A stretch of DNA of 64,000 nucleotides from Trichinella spiralis. Lineage: Eukaryota. Both the position numbers and the translations under genes were made by a program. The notes under the pieces are model-generated. The model was not told where the DNA came from. It was given only the letters and a program-made list of their open reading frames with translations, and searched no databases. The stretch is taken from positions 5,946,129 to 6,010,128 of the forward strand of contig NW_003526945.1 of NCBI RefSeq assembly GCF_000181795.1, written 5' to 3'. Positions 28,790-41,727 of this stretch are shown piece after piece (within the stretch, counting starts at the first letter, position 1; each line of letters begins with the position of its first letter).

Positions 28790-31700
28790 ATGTCGTCGGC
28801 TTTTATCATCGAAGAATGGCGAGATTTGTGGAGCTACAAAGGCGACTTTGTTATTACCTGTTTTGCATACGTCTTTTCCCAGTCGAGTCTACTGTCGTTG
28901 CCGAAGTTGTTCATTGAAAATGGAGGAGGTGAATTTATTTGTATCACTTGACCAAAACGACACTTTTTCGAAAATTATTATTCATTTCAAGGTGCATTCG
29001 CAATTGCTTATTTGGTTTCTTTGCTATTCTGTTGTCTGCCGTTGATTATGATGGAACTGAGCATTGGTCAACAGTGTGCCAGCGCTCCGCCGAAATCGCT
29101 GTTCAACATATGCCCCTTGCTTGCAGGTATTTGTATTCTTGTTCCACTGTGCAAATTCTGCTCTTTCTCTCAAAATGGCTGAAATTGAAATTTTAATTTT
29201 TTCATACTCATTTATCACGTTTTGCTTCTGTACTTTCAAATGGCCTTTTAATTCACTTAAATATTGCTATAGTTTTGCTCAGATAGAATTGATGCAACAA
29301 GTTTTTTCAATGTAAGTATGCATGCGTGATGTTGAACACATTTTCTTCTCAAGATTCATCAAATGCTGGTTTTCTCTAGTAGTGTATATTGCTTTTTATT
29401 GAGATTTAGTGCAAATAAATTCGCGTTATATTTAGCTCAAGTTTTGACGCGTATACGCCCAATACGTGTAAAAAGTGCCGGGCAATTTTAAAAGTATGCT
29501 CATTTATAATTTAGGAAATATTTAAATAGTTGCAATGAAATTTAAAGAAATGGCCCTATGATGATATCTTTGAAAAGCTTAAAATAAGCTTATTTTTGTC
29601 GACTAGTGATTGTTGTAAACTTGTTGACTAGTTTTGTTTTATTGGTTTTAAAATGTCGTTTTGAAATCTTTACAATTTTCCTCTTAATGGGAGCGGTTTT
29701 TTATTATTTTTATTGCAGCTGTGTTTAAGTTCGCTGTTGATACCTTAACGAATGGAAGAAGTAGCTTAAAAAGTGAAAAATAAAAGTATCATTTAGAACT
29801 TCAACGTTCAATAGTGCTTCTTATTTCTAACGATGTTCTAAGTATATAGTTTATGTTGATATCGTGATTTATTTTTATTTGTTCATTTAATGTAACTTTT
29901 TCACTAGTTGTTGGAAAGCTTTTCATTTTCAGGTGTTGGCAGTGCGTTTATTTTGTATTCGCTTGTCATCAGTTCTCTGCTTGCATCTTACGTCAGCTAC
30001 ATTTTATCTTTTCTTGTACATTTGTTCACCAACATTGAAGAAGCGAATCCCCCTTGGGCATTGTGCTCTTCTGAATGGAGCACCGTCCCTTGTGTTGACA
30101 ATTTAGCCATTAATAATTCAGGCCAGACATCGTTGAACAACGTCAAGGAATTTTTCGAGTATCTATTTATCTGCTTTTTCTAATTTTTTCCACATTTAAT
30201 TGCAAATTTCAACTGGTTTTTAATTTAGCTTGAGCGTTTTGAACGTTACAACACGCATTGAAGAATCTGGCGATTTACAATGGATGCTTATTTCTGGAAT
30301 AGCCGGCACTTGGCTTTTGGTTTTTCTCGCGCTATTTCTTGGAGTAAAGTGGTTAGGAAAAGTGAGCATTTATTTTTGCATATTTGAAAATTCTCTCGTA
30401 AATTGATTCAATTTTTCAGGTGTGCTACTTCACTTTTATCATACCACTTTTATTGTTGCTGACGTTATTGGTGAAATCGTTGAGCTCCAACGGAGCGAAT
30501 CATCTTCTTCAAGATGTTTTCGAAACTGACTGGAACGCGCTGTTGAAAGTGGAAGTAAGTGGTAAACGTATGATCTTGAAATCACTAATTTAGCTGTTTA
30601 TTTATGAATGACTTTTCAACGAAAATACCAATCTTATTTATCGTGTATATTTAATGAGACTTTTTTAATGCAAGAATATTTTTTTTATCAATGACAATTT
30701 AATTTGACAATGTTACATTTTAGACTTGGGTTCAAGCTTTTGCCCAAAGCTTGTACGGAACTGGACTTTGTTTCGGCGCCTATATTACTCTCGGTTCGTT
30801 CAACAAGCGCAATAACAACGTATTCGGGTAAAATTATCCCCCACAACTTGCGCATTCGATGTTTTTATGCATACATTATGCACATGCATATTTATTTCAG
30901 TGACGGATTATTGATTATTGTCATCCATACGGCTCTGTCAGCTCTTGGCTTTGTCACTCTTTCTGCGATGCTTGGAATTTTCAAATCAAAATTCAGCATA
31001 CCCTCCAGTGTTGTATTGACGGATGGTAATAATGCGCATGTGCACAAAAATTTTTATCATTCGCGTAATGCAAATATAAATAGCTCTGCTGTTATGCAGG
31101 ATTCTCTCAAATTTTGAACCTGTTGGCATCCGCTAGTCACTTCGATCAACCGCAATTATGGTCGACATTAGTGCTTATGCTATTTTTATTTCTATTCCTG
31201 AATATACTGGTGAAAAATTTTCCAAAAAAAATAAGCGCATCTTTTCGACACTGAATCATTTTCATTATATAGTACATCCTCATGTTGAACGTTCAAACCA
31301 GTATCGAAGATGCAATTGGTGATTCGGCTTCAAAATTTTTTCCTCGCTTTGGCATTTCCTTTGCCACATGCTGCATTGGATTTGTCGCTTCTCTTGGTTA
31401 TGCTAGCCAAGTAAGTGATCCATCTGCACAATAATTTACAAACAGTAGTTCATTTGAAATATCCGTTCGTTTGTTTCACGATTTCTCTTTAGGCTGGATT
31501 TTACGCTTCTCAATTGATGATGAAGTTCATCGATCTGCTATGCCCGTGGACTCTGCTAGCATTCGAACTGTTCGCAGTTGCATGGCTTTACTGTACTTGT
31601 TTATCTTTTTTCAAATGGAATTGTAATTTTTAAGTGTGAATTACAAAATTTACAGGTGCTCATCTTCTTGCCAGAGATACCAGTCGTTTGATCAGCAATA

Positions 31701-32262
31701 AACCAAGCAAATTTTTACTTTTTCCATTTTTTGAGCTGCTTTACATTCTTCCTGCAGTTCCTATAGTATGCAAGAAGTTTAATTTTTTCACCAACAGTCG
31801 ACAACACTATTATATTGTTTGTTTTTTTAGTTTATTATTGTTATCAAAATGTGGAATTACAATTTTCGAGACATTTTGAAAGACAATCAAGCCAGCCCTT
31901 GGATGGAATTAGTTGGATGGTCTGTGAGTACGGTAATATTGTTACCGATCATTATAGGTATGCTGTATTGCACAGTGAAAACTTGCATACACGGCCCAGG
32001 ATTTACCCTTTGGGAGGTAATTGTTATTTGTTCACCGTTGAAACGGTTTGTTCATTGTAGATGAAAATTGATAATTTTGCAGAAATTCAAATATACTATC
32101 CTCTCTCCAATACGCTATGAAGTGCCGAAAGTGGTATCAGTACCGAGATATTCTTCGACGGCACCAGGCTACGTTTTGCTTCCACATGCCCCGCTAGCCG
32201 AACCGGAACAGTTCAACGATATTTATTCAGATCGTCAACAAACGAGAGTTTCGAAAATTTGA
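28790..32262 (+). CDS. Atypical SLC6 sodium:neurotransmitter symporter family member (SNF-12/bedraggled-like), ~13 exons
   Basis: MSSAFIIEEWRDLWSYKGDFVI…ENGGGAFAIAYL…PLIMMELSIGQ (SLC6 TM1-TM2). EL2 PWALC…W…C; GDLQW; GVKWLGKVCYFT; W..AFAQSLYGTGLCFGAYITLGSFN. C-terminal tail PRYSSTAPGYVLLPHAPLAEPE. GT-AG introns join in frame. Confidence 0.88.
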
Positions 32263-35200
32263 TAATGGACTTTTGTCAAAAATTTACTACCGCATGCGTG
32301 AAAAAACTACGACAAAATGTGTAACATATGTCGGCAGACAAACTTTAGTATATATTTTTGAAAATGCTTTTCAAATTCATTTCCATTTGCAAATGTAGTG
32401 TTGTTGCTTAAGTTCGGAAGTTAGTTATTCATTAAGAAGTGCAACTGATTTTACTCAGCTTTTAAAAACTACAATGTTATGCGAAAGTAAGTAAAATATT
32501 TGGTATATTAAATTTAGAATTCGATTAGAAGAAGATGGTCTTCTCAAAATGGTCAACAATTGTGGCAAGCTGTTTTTGTATTTTACTTTTTTTTTCTTGC
32601 TTACTATTCAACGTCATCAACAGTACTAAATCCAGTAGAAGTAGACCAGTTCAATAGACGACCATTTAGAGGAGTGAAGCTTTCTTTGCATTTGAATTTT
32701 CTGTTGTAAGTTATGTTAGAAAATGTTTTATTTGAATAATTTTTTTTCTTCCACCAAAAAAAAGCTAAAGCATTTATTGTTCCAGATTATTATTATTATT
32801 ATTATTAATTACAGTGCTGTGTTTCCAATTTCAGGATATTAAATTAAACTTACCGTTTCAAAGATAGCTTAGCTAGAGGAGAAAAGTTAAAGTGGGAACG
32901 AATGAATGAATAACTTAGCTTTATTTCATCGTCACATGATTGCCAGATGATGATTTAGCCGTTCTGCGTTTCAGCTTCCCTAAAGCTTGAAGTTTCGCTA
33001 AGTAAGAGTATATAGCGTGTTAAATAGATGCTTAGTGTTACTTTAGTTTATTAAATGCGAGTGAATTGCTCATAAATTTTCTATAGCAAAGAGTGCTAAA
33101 CTTGTAGCATTTTCGATTACCAAACGCTTACTGGTTGTAAGAAGTTGTTGTTGTTGATCAACTTTTTAACTTGCTTTTTAGTAGTCAGTGTTAATATAAA
33201 TATAATGGTGGTTTTGAACATTTTGTTTTTTTTTACTTATTTTACATTTTTCAGTTTTTACATTCAAGCTTCATCATCATTATATGGCATTTTGCTTTTG
33301 AATCAGCGATCAAAATATTTTTTAATTTGATATGCAGGTATTTTTGTTTTATTTTTTATACGAGATAATAATAATAATTTTTTACTTTGTTTAAAAATAG
33401 GTGTTTCAATTGTTTCAATTTGAATTTTTTACGTTTTCGTAATTGCAGAATCATGAGGAGGACATCTAAGCAAGAAATATTTATTATAGTCGGTATGTTG
33501 AAGCGTTTATGGACGTAATGTATGAAGTGATTATTACTTTTTACTTTTTTTTTTGAAATTTTTGATAAATCTTGTCGAACCGATCATACTTGAGGTATAC
33601 CAAATAGGCTATTGAGTTGATGTTCTCATCTTGAAGCCTGAGCATTACAAGAGGGTTGCAGAAATTTTCAATCATCTGTACAACATGTTATATTTATATT
33701 GAAAAAAATGCTCGATTCACTTTTAGATAAGCTTGTTTTAATTAAAAACAGCATACCAAATTCATTTTTAGAAGTAGTCATTTAGTGTTACTTGTCGATG
33801 GTGGATCTGTGATGAATTTCCTGGATATTGGCTAATGATGCGAAAAAGAAATTTTCAACATACGTTGTTGCTTTTTTCTTCTTTGTCGTTCGTGCGCATA
33901 TTCTCATTTCCATAACTCAAACAGCAATTAGCCTCTTCAATTTTTAGCTTAAAAAAATCAAAGCAAGACAAATCTTGACTTGTTCTCCAGTGTATCTCTT
34001 CTATATATGTTATAGCTGAAAAATGAATCACATAATTTCTCCACTAGGCTAATCATGTTTAATGAATAATTTTTGATTATTTGTTTTTGAACATAAAAAA
34101 GCACTTATGTTTTATTTCAAAGTACTAATTTTTTTGTAAAATATTACATGTAATATTAGTTGTTCATAAGAATTTCAAATGCCAGCTTGTAATTGGCTGT
34201 TATTTTCGTCAAAGTAGTGTTACAGCTTATATATATATATATATTTATTTATTTATAATTTGTATTGTTCAGTGAGTCCAGCAAGCAGAGAGAACGCTCG
34301 ATGATATTAATGCTGTTCGTTGGTAACTGATAAATCGGTTCAAATGCATGCGGTTAATTCAATCATTTGAAACCATGAAAACATGTGACACAGCAAACAA
34401 TTTCAAGCTAAGTAGAGTCTCACCTTTCTTCAGTGACAGCGTCGCTTTCATTTTGCGTTACTAAGCGACGGAAATTAGTCTCTTTTCCACCAGGCTACTT
34501 CAACCATCTTCCTCTTGTTCAGCCATTGTTATTCGGTTATTCCATCTGAAACTTTTGAACAAAGGTAATTTATCATGTTAATTTCAAGGAACAATGTTTT
34601 GTATTTAGAACAGCTCATCTTTGAAATTAACAGAATTATTACGAATTTGATTACACTAATTATGAGCTAATGAGTATTATTTATTCAATGGTCACAGTTG
34701 TATACTTACTTGATGATTTAATTTTTCACCTCACATATTTACTTGAAATATGCAAAATGGAAAGCTGTTCTCTAATTAGTACAGTGAATTAATTCATGAA
34801 GTGTTAAAAGTTTCAATCATCCCCGTTGCCAGTATTTCAGCATGAAATAGAAGTGTTTATTTTTTTTTATTGCATCGTCAGCACCGGAAATTTATGCTTA
34901 ATTTACTTTATGTTTCAAGTTTTTCGAATGCAGTAATTTCCACTTGATTTGCTAAATAGAAAGTATTGAAATTAATGTTTACTTAGTGCAGCATCGACGT
35001 CATAATAAAAAGGCTTAAGATATGGCTTAATCGTTTTGGCAGAGCATTTGTGTAAGCGCAACAATAATCAACGCATAGTTCAAATAAATTTAAATAACTC
35101 TCCGGCGTTGTTCGAAACATGCCTCAATACATGTAGTAGATATTATCGCAATTTGCAAAAGTAGATGAAATAAGATCGACATATTATTATACTTTATAAA

Positions 35201-35808
35201 AATAAAGCAAAACCTTGAATAATAATTTTTCTATCATGTTATTTTCCAATAAAATTATATACTTTTAATTGTTTTTATAACATTTGTTTGCAAATACTGT
35301 GCAAATTATCATAAATGTGACGAACGAAATTCCATCTTAGCTTACGAAAATAGCCTTAAAATCAGGAATCTGAACATTTTTACACCATTATATTTATGGA
35401 AAATATTCTTGGCACTTTAAAGTAAAGCTGCAAATTTGAAATAAAATGAATCTTTCGTCATCAGAAAAATGTCGAATGCTTTGTAAAATGCATTGCTTAG
35501 GTAATGCATCTCAAATTCACTGGTTTAAATGTGATCTCTGCAAATGTTCAACCAGCAATAGTCGTAATTTTTATTTTTTAACATTCCAAAAATCTTTTAA
35601 ATTTGCTGAAATTTCACCTATTTTTCTTACGGTATTCTGCCAATGGATAATCATAATTTATAAAAGTGATTTCAAATTTTTTCATTATCATTTTATCATT
35701 TTTTAAGCATTAACCAAGATTTTCATGCACAAGTAAATAAATAATTATGTGCGAACGTATCACTGGTAGACATTGAATTGTAACAAAGAAAAACACCATC
35801 CTGTCACG

Positions 35809-38800
35809 ATGGAAAAGATCAGCGCCGATATGAGCGAAACCAAAGTGATCAAGAAAGAAACATCTCATCCATCATTGACCATGGGAAAAATAAAGAGAGT
35901 TACTGAAACGAAAAAGCTTCAAGAAATCAAGCAACATTTGAAAAGTTCATCAAACAGTCAGCAAACGGTAAAACCAGAAATGCATAGATTTTATTATTTC
36001 TTAATGATAAAATTACTGGTAATTCCCTAAAATTATTCTTTGCAAACAAGTGCAAATGAATTGTTCAAATTGATTGAGCCATTGATTGTTTAACGATGAC
36101 CATTTCAACAAATGCAACTAAGAAATTCTTCCTTTTGCTAGAGGATTTCTAATGCTTGATTATTAATTATAGAATATTTAATTGATGAAAATGGTTTTTC
36201 AATAAGTTTTAATTTTGAAACCTTTGTGGAAGAGAAGAGGAAAAACTTTGCACTTTGTTTGCAACTACAGGCTTTGCATAGTTTCAGTTGCAAATGCAGC
36301 TTCGCATCATGCTCAGTAAAAATTACTTAATTAACACCAAATAGCATCAAAAAAACTGACAGTTTTTAATAATTCTAAATCAATTACTGATGAAATGCAG
36401 CAAACAAAAGCTTGAATTAATTTTTTTCAACAGATTTTATCTATAGTTTGCTTATGGATGGAAATATGAATTTTCACAATCACAGTCGCACGTTTTCCAC
36501 ATTTGCAGTCGATTATTTAATAAATGAAAATATTATCATTTTAAAATCTCCTCCACCTGTTTCACTGCCAATAGATCACATCGGATAGAAGTATTCGAAT
36601 CTTATTTTTTCTGTTTCTCTAATTTGTTTATGCTTAACTTATAGCAAATATTTGAAATGCAAAATTCATTCTGAAATTGATCTATTTTTACCTTTCATAA
36701 ATACTTTTCTTATTCATTAAGATTTTTTATAATTCAATATTTTCAACATTTGCATTATTCTGTTATAGCTTTACAATCAATGTTCAGGTTCATTTCCATT
36801 TCATCAATGCAAATAATACGAATCATTCATTGTGCACCGGGTACAATGTAAGAAGCGTCTAATGTGCTAAATTAAAAAACCCGTTAATATAGTGGAACAG
36901 TGGTACAAATGTTTGATAAACTAGCATGTGAGTCCAAAAACAGAAAGCTTATTTTGCTTGGTTATTATCAACGGATAAAATAAATTGTCATTATTATTGC
37001 ATGTATGCTTGTATATTTTTATACACATTGCATAGATAAATAAGAAATAATTTTTATTTTTTTATTGATAAAATGACATTATTTTTAATAAAAATAATTG
37101 AAATCAAACAATAATTCACTTTTAAATGTTCGTGGCAAGATTTGCATATTTGATGGAAAAGTTAATCAACCGAATTGTATTTCCAAATGTTTATTATTTG
37201 AAATTTTAATATGTGTTATTATTTATTTTATTATTTAATATTTCAGTTTGTTTAGTGTTCAGTAAAAAGAAATGAAATGGGATTTTTAGGCATTTTATAA
37301 ATTGCGCAAACATGCGCAACTTTTTCACTTTCACTGACTTTATTATTTCAAGACAACTGATTGCTTATATTTTCATTGTAAATTCAGAAGAAATAAATTT
37401 AAAAAAATCCCAAATGTAAGAAAGTATGTTGTATTTTTTTAAAAAAATGGAATATTTTAATCGAGAATAATATTTTTTACTGAAAAATCTATGAACAGAA
37501 AGAATATGAAGAATAAAATCGTGTACGTATGTATGATAAGAAATTATTTTTACTTTTTGTCCTGTGAAAAGTTTTCCAATTGATCAACAGAATAATAATA
37601 ATAATAATAATAATAATGTGTGTGAATAAGATTGAAAATTTTCCAATGCTAAAAGGCTATAGCTAGGAATGGCAATTTTATATTTGCTCAACAGTGGTGG
37701 TGGTGGGGGGGGGGGGAGGGGGGAGTTTGTTCGTTATATTGCCATGATTGTGGATGGATGGATGGATGGGGAGTATTTTGCTAAGTGAGGTTGGTGAAAT
37801 TTTGCAAACAAGCGCGATCGCACCCAGGCACGTAGTTAGCAGGAAAGTGGTCATTTGTTCCACGTCGTCAGTTTGAATAGCAGCTGCTCAGAAGTTACAG
37901 CTGCCGTTCGAGCTTTATACACTAGCAACTAAGTGCGTTTGTCGTCAGTTCCGCAGAAATGAAAATTTCCACTCTACGCTCAGATTCAGCATCAGCTTCT
38001 CCCATTTTCAATTAATAATGGTCACTACTGCACTCTAATGGCCGTGTTGAAAATTTCTATTTTTTTTTTATTTGCTTATTTGCTTCGTTGTGTTCAACTG
38101 TGGAATAGCAGAATTCAATAGTGCCGCCGCTTTTAATTGCTCGATTTTTAGGATAAAGAGAAACCGTTGAATGTAATTATTCCTGAAATACAGCTTATTA
38201 AACTTTTTGATGGAATCAAATCGCCAGTCAGTCCCAAACCAGCACGAGAAGAAGTAATGGAAGTGGTGATATCGTCAAACGCCTGCAGTCCCTGTTTGAG
38301 TCCTTCTTCAGTGAATCCAGTGAAAACTACTTCCACTGATGAAGAGTATGATCGACTGATGGACGCGGTAAAAAGTACCAGATTTATCAAAAGATCCCAC
38401 CAAATGCCGAGCAGTTTTCAAACGCAACTTCCAAACGCTGCAGACGATGCTTCTTGTGAAAAGAATAAAAATTGTCTCGAAAAGAAAGCAATCAATTATT
38501 CTTTGTATCGCAAATGGGAAGTTGAAGAATATTCTTGGGAAAGTGATTATCAAATGGGTCCCGAGACATTTCTACTTCAACTTCGCGATCCCGAGTTTGC
38601 TTCGAGAATTCGAGATTACAGGTATATGTTTTTTTCTTCTTCTTCAAAATTTCTCTTCATAATTATTATTATTTCATGCTTTTCGTTGCTTTATGCATAT
38701 TTATCATTCAAGACGACATACATTTGAAAGTCTTTCGTTTGGTGACCGTTGCTTGGGAAAATTCATGGACAGGCATGTTTCTTTCCACGAACGACGTCGT

Positions 38801-41727
38801 TTTTCAGATTTAATTCACAGTGACGAAGAACTGCAACAACTGGCAAACAATCTTGACAGCAAGATGGAAGCTTTCAAAACTGGAAAATTTCACGGCCTCA
38901 GAAGCATCGCGAAGCCGGCATTATCTCCGTTGCCAAATCAGACTGATCAAAGTGAGAACAGTGATCATTTATAAAATTTTAATACAATTAAAGCCTGCTA
39001 TTGAAATTCACAGGCGATAAATAATATTTTACTTTTCGAACGGATATTATCTGAAAATTGTTTGCAGGGCATGCTCCAATATTCAAAGAAAGATTGAAAG
39101 ATCACGTGTTGCCAATTAATGAAAGCGATGTTATTTTTGAGTGTTCTTTTTTGTCCAATCCAGCGGCTGATGTGACATGGCTCCACAATGATTCCTTATT
39201 AACCGAGGATTTGCGACACAGTATTACACTGCGGGATAATAATGTTGCTGAACTTACGATCAAAAAAGCATTCGCTTCTGATTCTGGCGTTTACAAATGC
39301 GTCATTGAAAACGATTTGGGCAAAGCTGCTACTTCTGCTCGGCTTATCATAGCAGGTCGGTACTTTGACGTAGTTATTTTTTTTTTAAATTATTTTAATC
39401 TTTTTATAAATTTTCAAATCTGTTATTATAACGTGATTTTTATTTTCATTTTTTGCTTCACTATTGATGATTGAACTTAAATATTAACTTTGCATTCTTG
39501 TTCACACATTGCTAGCGTTCGATTTTATTTTACACGAGGTAAGCGCAGTATTAATATTGAATAAAAGCATCATACTGTTGATTTGTTATATTTCATTTTA
39601 TTACTGTGATATTCTTGATAGCATTCAATTACTACTTTCAAAAAACGTTTTCACTATAACTGTATTATAATTTTTAAATAGATATTCCTGAACGACCATC
39701 CAGGCCTGATGTTCAACTTGCCTCTGATACAGAAGTGTTTATCATATGGGATCCTCCTTCATTTACTGGAGGATTAGAAATATTATACTACAAAATAGAA
39801 TATCGAAGGGCAGGTAAAAGTGAATTTTTTTTTCATTTTGTTAATTTCACTTGTTGCCTGAGAGTGTATTTAATTGTGCTAATTTGTTTTATAATTTTAT
39901 AAATGTAATTTTTAGGTGAAAACGACTGGTCATGCCCATGGTTTACGGTTTCAGACAGTCTTGATAGTACAGCTGTAATTGTAAAAAGAATGGAACCGTT
40001 AGGCATTTATCAGTTTCGCGTCGCTGCAAAGACAGTGGTTGGTTTTGGTGAGCCGAGTTTATCCAGCAGAATTATACAAACTCATCATCGAGGTGAAGAT
40101 GATTTTGGAAATTTGAAAAAAAATTTTTTTTTGCTTTGATAATTGACTTCTTTTCTCTAGGTGCGCCAAAGCTTAGCGTTGAACTTTTGAAAAGAGAATT
40201 CAATCTTAACGTTGTTTATTTACCTACAAGTGGAGATCTCGGCGACATCCCAGAAGAGCTAGACTACTTTTCAGAGAAATCATCTGCACCGAATGAAAGC
40301 TTAGTAAATGGCGAAGACGGAGTTGTCCAGCTGAACGTTGTAAAAGATTTACCGACTCGTTTTCAACTGGAAGCTGAAATATTCAGGCATTAATTTCTTT
40401 TGAAACAGTTTCATATTTCCATACTATTCTAGTAGTTATGTTCGTTTGGTTTTATTTATTAGGGGACGATTCAGTTCCATTTGCGATGCCGTAGACAAGT
40501 GGCGTGAACATTCGGCTCATTGCACAGCTAAGATCATTCCTTTGGATAATGAGCAACAGCAGAAAAAGGCACTGCAAGAATTTGAAACTTTCCGAGATTT
40601 GAAGCATGAAAATGTTCTACGGTTGATGAACGCTTATAAGAAGTAAGCTTGAATTGGGAGACTTTTTCGGCTGTGTCATAAACATAATAAGCAATTCAGT
40701 GACACCACCCTTATTCTTATCTTCGAAAAGTTGCACGAAACATTATTTCAAAGATTGTGCTTCGGCGATTATTTCACAGAAGAACAACTGGCACGAATTG
40801 TTTCTCAAATTATGTTTGCTTTACAATGGATGCATTTTAAGCGGTATTCTCAAATTTATAAATTTCAAATCAAATACTTGCAAACAATGATTTTTTCTTT
40901 GAAGAATTGTTTATTTAAATCTGCTGCCTGATCACATCATGTTTCAATCTAAAAACAACTGGACAATAAAATTAATTGATATGGGCAACGCATGTCGATT
41001 AGGTGAAAATGGTGTAGCCGTGGTTGCAAACAATCTTCCTTGGATTTACACTGGTATTTTTGTTGCGCATTGTGCGCTCGTGTGCATTCCAATCGATCAA
41101 TTCATGTTTATTTTAGCTCCAGAAGTTATTTTAGAAAAGGAAGCTATTCCAGCATCGGACGTTTGGGCAGTTGGCCTGTTATCTTTTATTCTGTATTATC
41201 AGCGGCTGAATTGTTGATTTTGGAATTGAATTTCTTGCTGAAAATTTGCATTTCAGATTAAGTGGCATGCATCCGTTTGCCGCGGACTCGAGCATATCCG
41301 ACGATGACATCATACAGAATGTGAAAAGTGAAAAATTGGACATCAACTGGATTTTCGGTACAGCTACACAAGAAGCCATTCGTTTCACGACGGCAGCACT
41401 GAAAAAACACCCAAAGTACGCGTCGGAGGGCATCGATTATTCAAATTAGTTCGATTTTCATAATTTGTTCATTAAGCTGTTGAATTTAACGTTGATAAAG
41501 AAGTGCATTGACGGTGAAATTTGCATACATTCTCATGCCTGTGATACAATTTCAGAAATCGAATATCTACAGAAGAAGGATTGGAGCACAAATGGCTCAG
41601 CTTGCACGATCATATGCGTCGGAGACGAGAAAATATTCGTTTCTCATCAAACAGACTGCGACTTTTTGAAAAGCAATATTACAAATGGATGACGAAAACT
41701 GTAGTCGACAGTGATATTGCTCCTTGA
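35809..41727 (+). CDS. Free-standing UNC-89/obscurin C-terminal-module protein: interkinase-like region, Ig, Fn3 and kinase (PK2-like, predicted pseudokinase)
   Basis: Putative first exon 35809-35967 joins 38152 in phase 0. YSWESDYQMGPETFLL…RDYR and ERRRFSDL resemble the UNC-89 interkinase region. Ig domain 39068-39355, Fn3 (PERPSRPDVQLASDTEV…YQFRVAAK), and kinase domain ~40350-41600 (RGRFS, TAK, HENV, DMG, APE, DVWAVG, SGMHPF). Stop at 41727. The true start exon is uncertain. Confidence 0.85.
37592..37617. repeat. (AAT)n microsatellite
   Basis: Direct reading of the tandem aat run. Confidence 0.9.
37694..37725 (+). repeat. G-rich tract, (GGT)n followed by poly-G; G-quadruplex-capable
   Basis: gtggtggtggtggggggggggggagggggga in AT-rich intronic DNA, followed shortly by (GATG)n. 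Confidence 0.8.

Noticed and set aside
29619..29655. GACTAGTGATTGTTGT resembling part of miR-7
   Set aside because: The seed (TGGAAGAC) is missing and there is no convincing hairpin.
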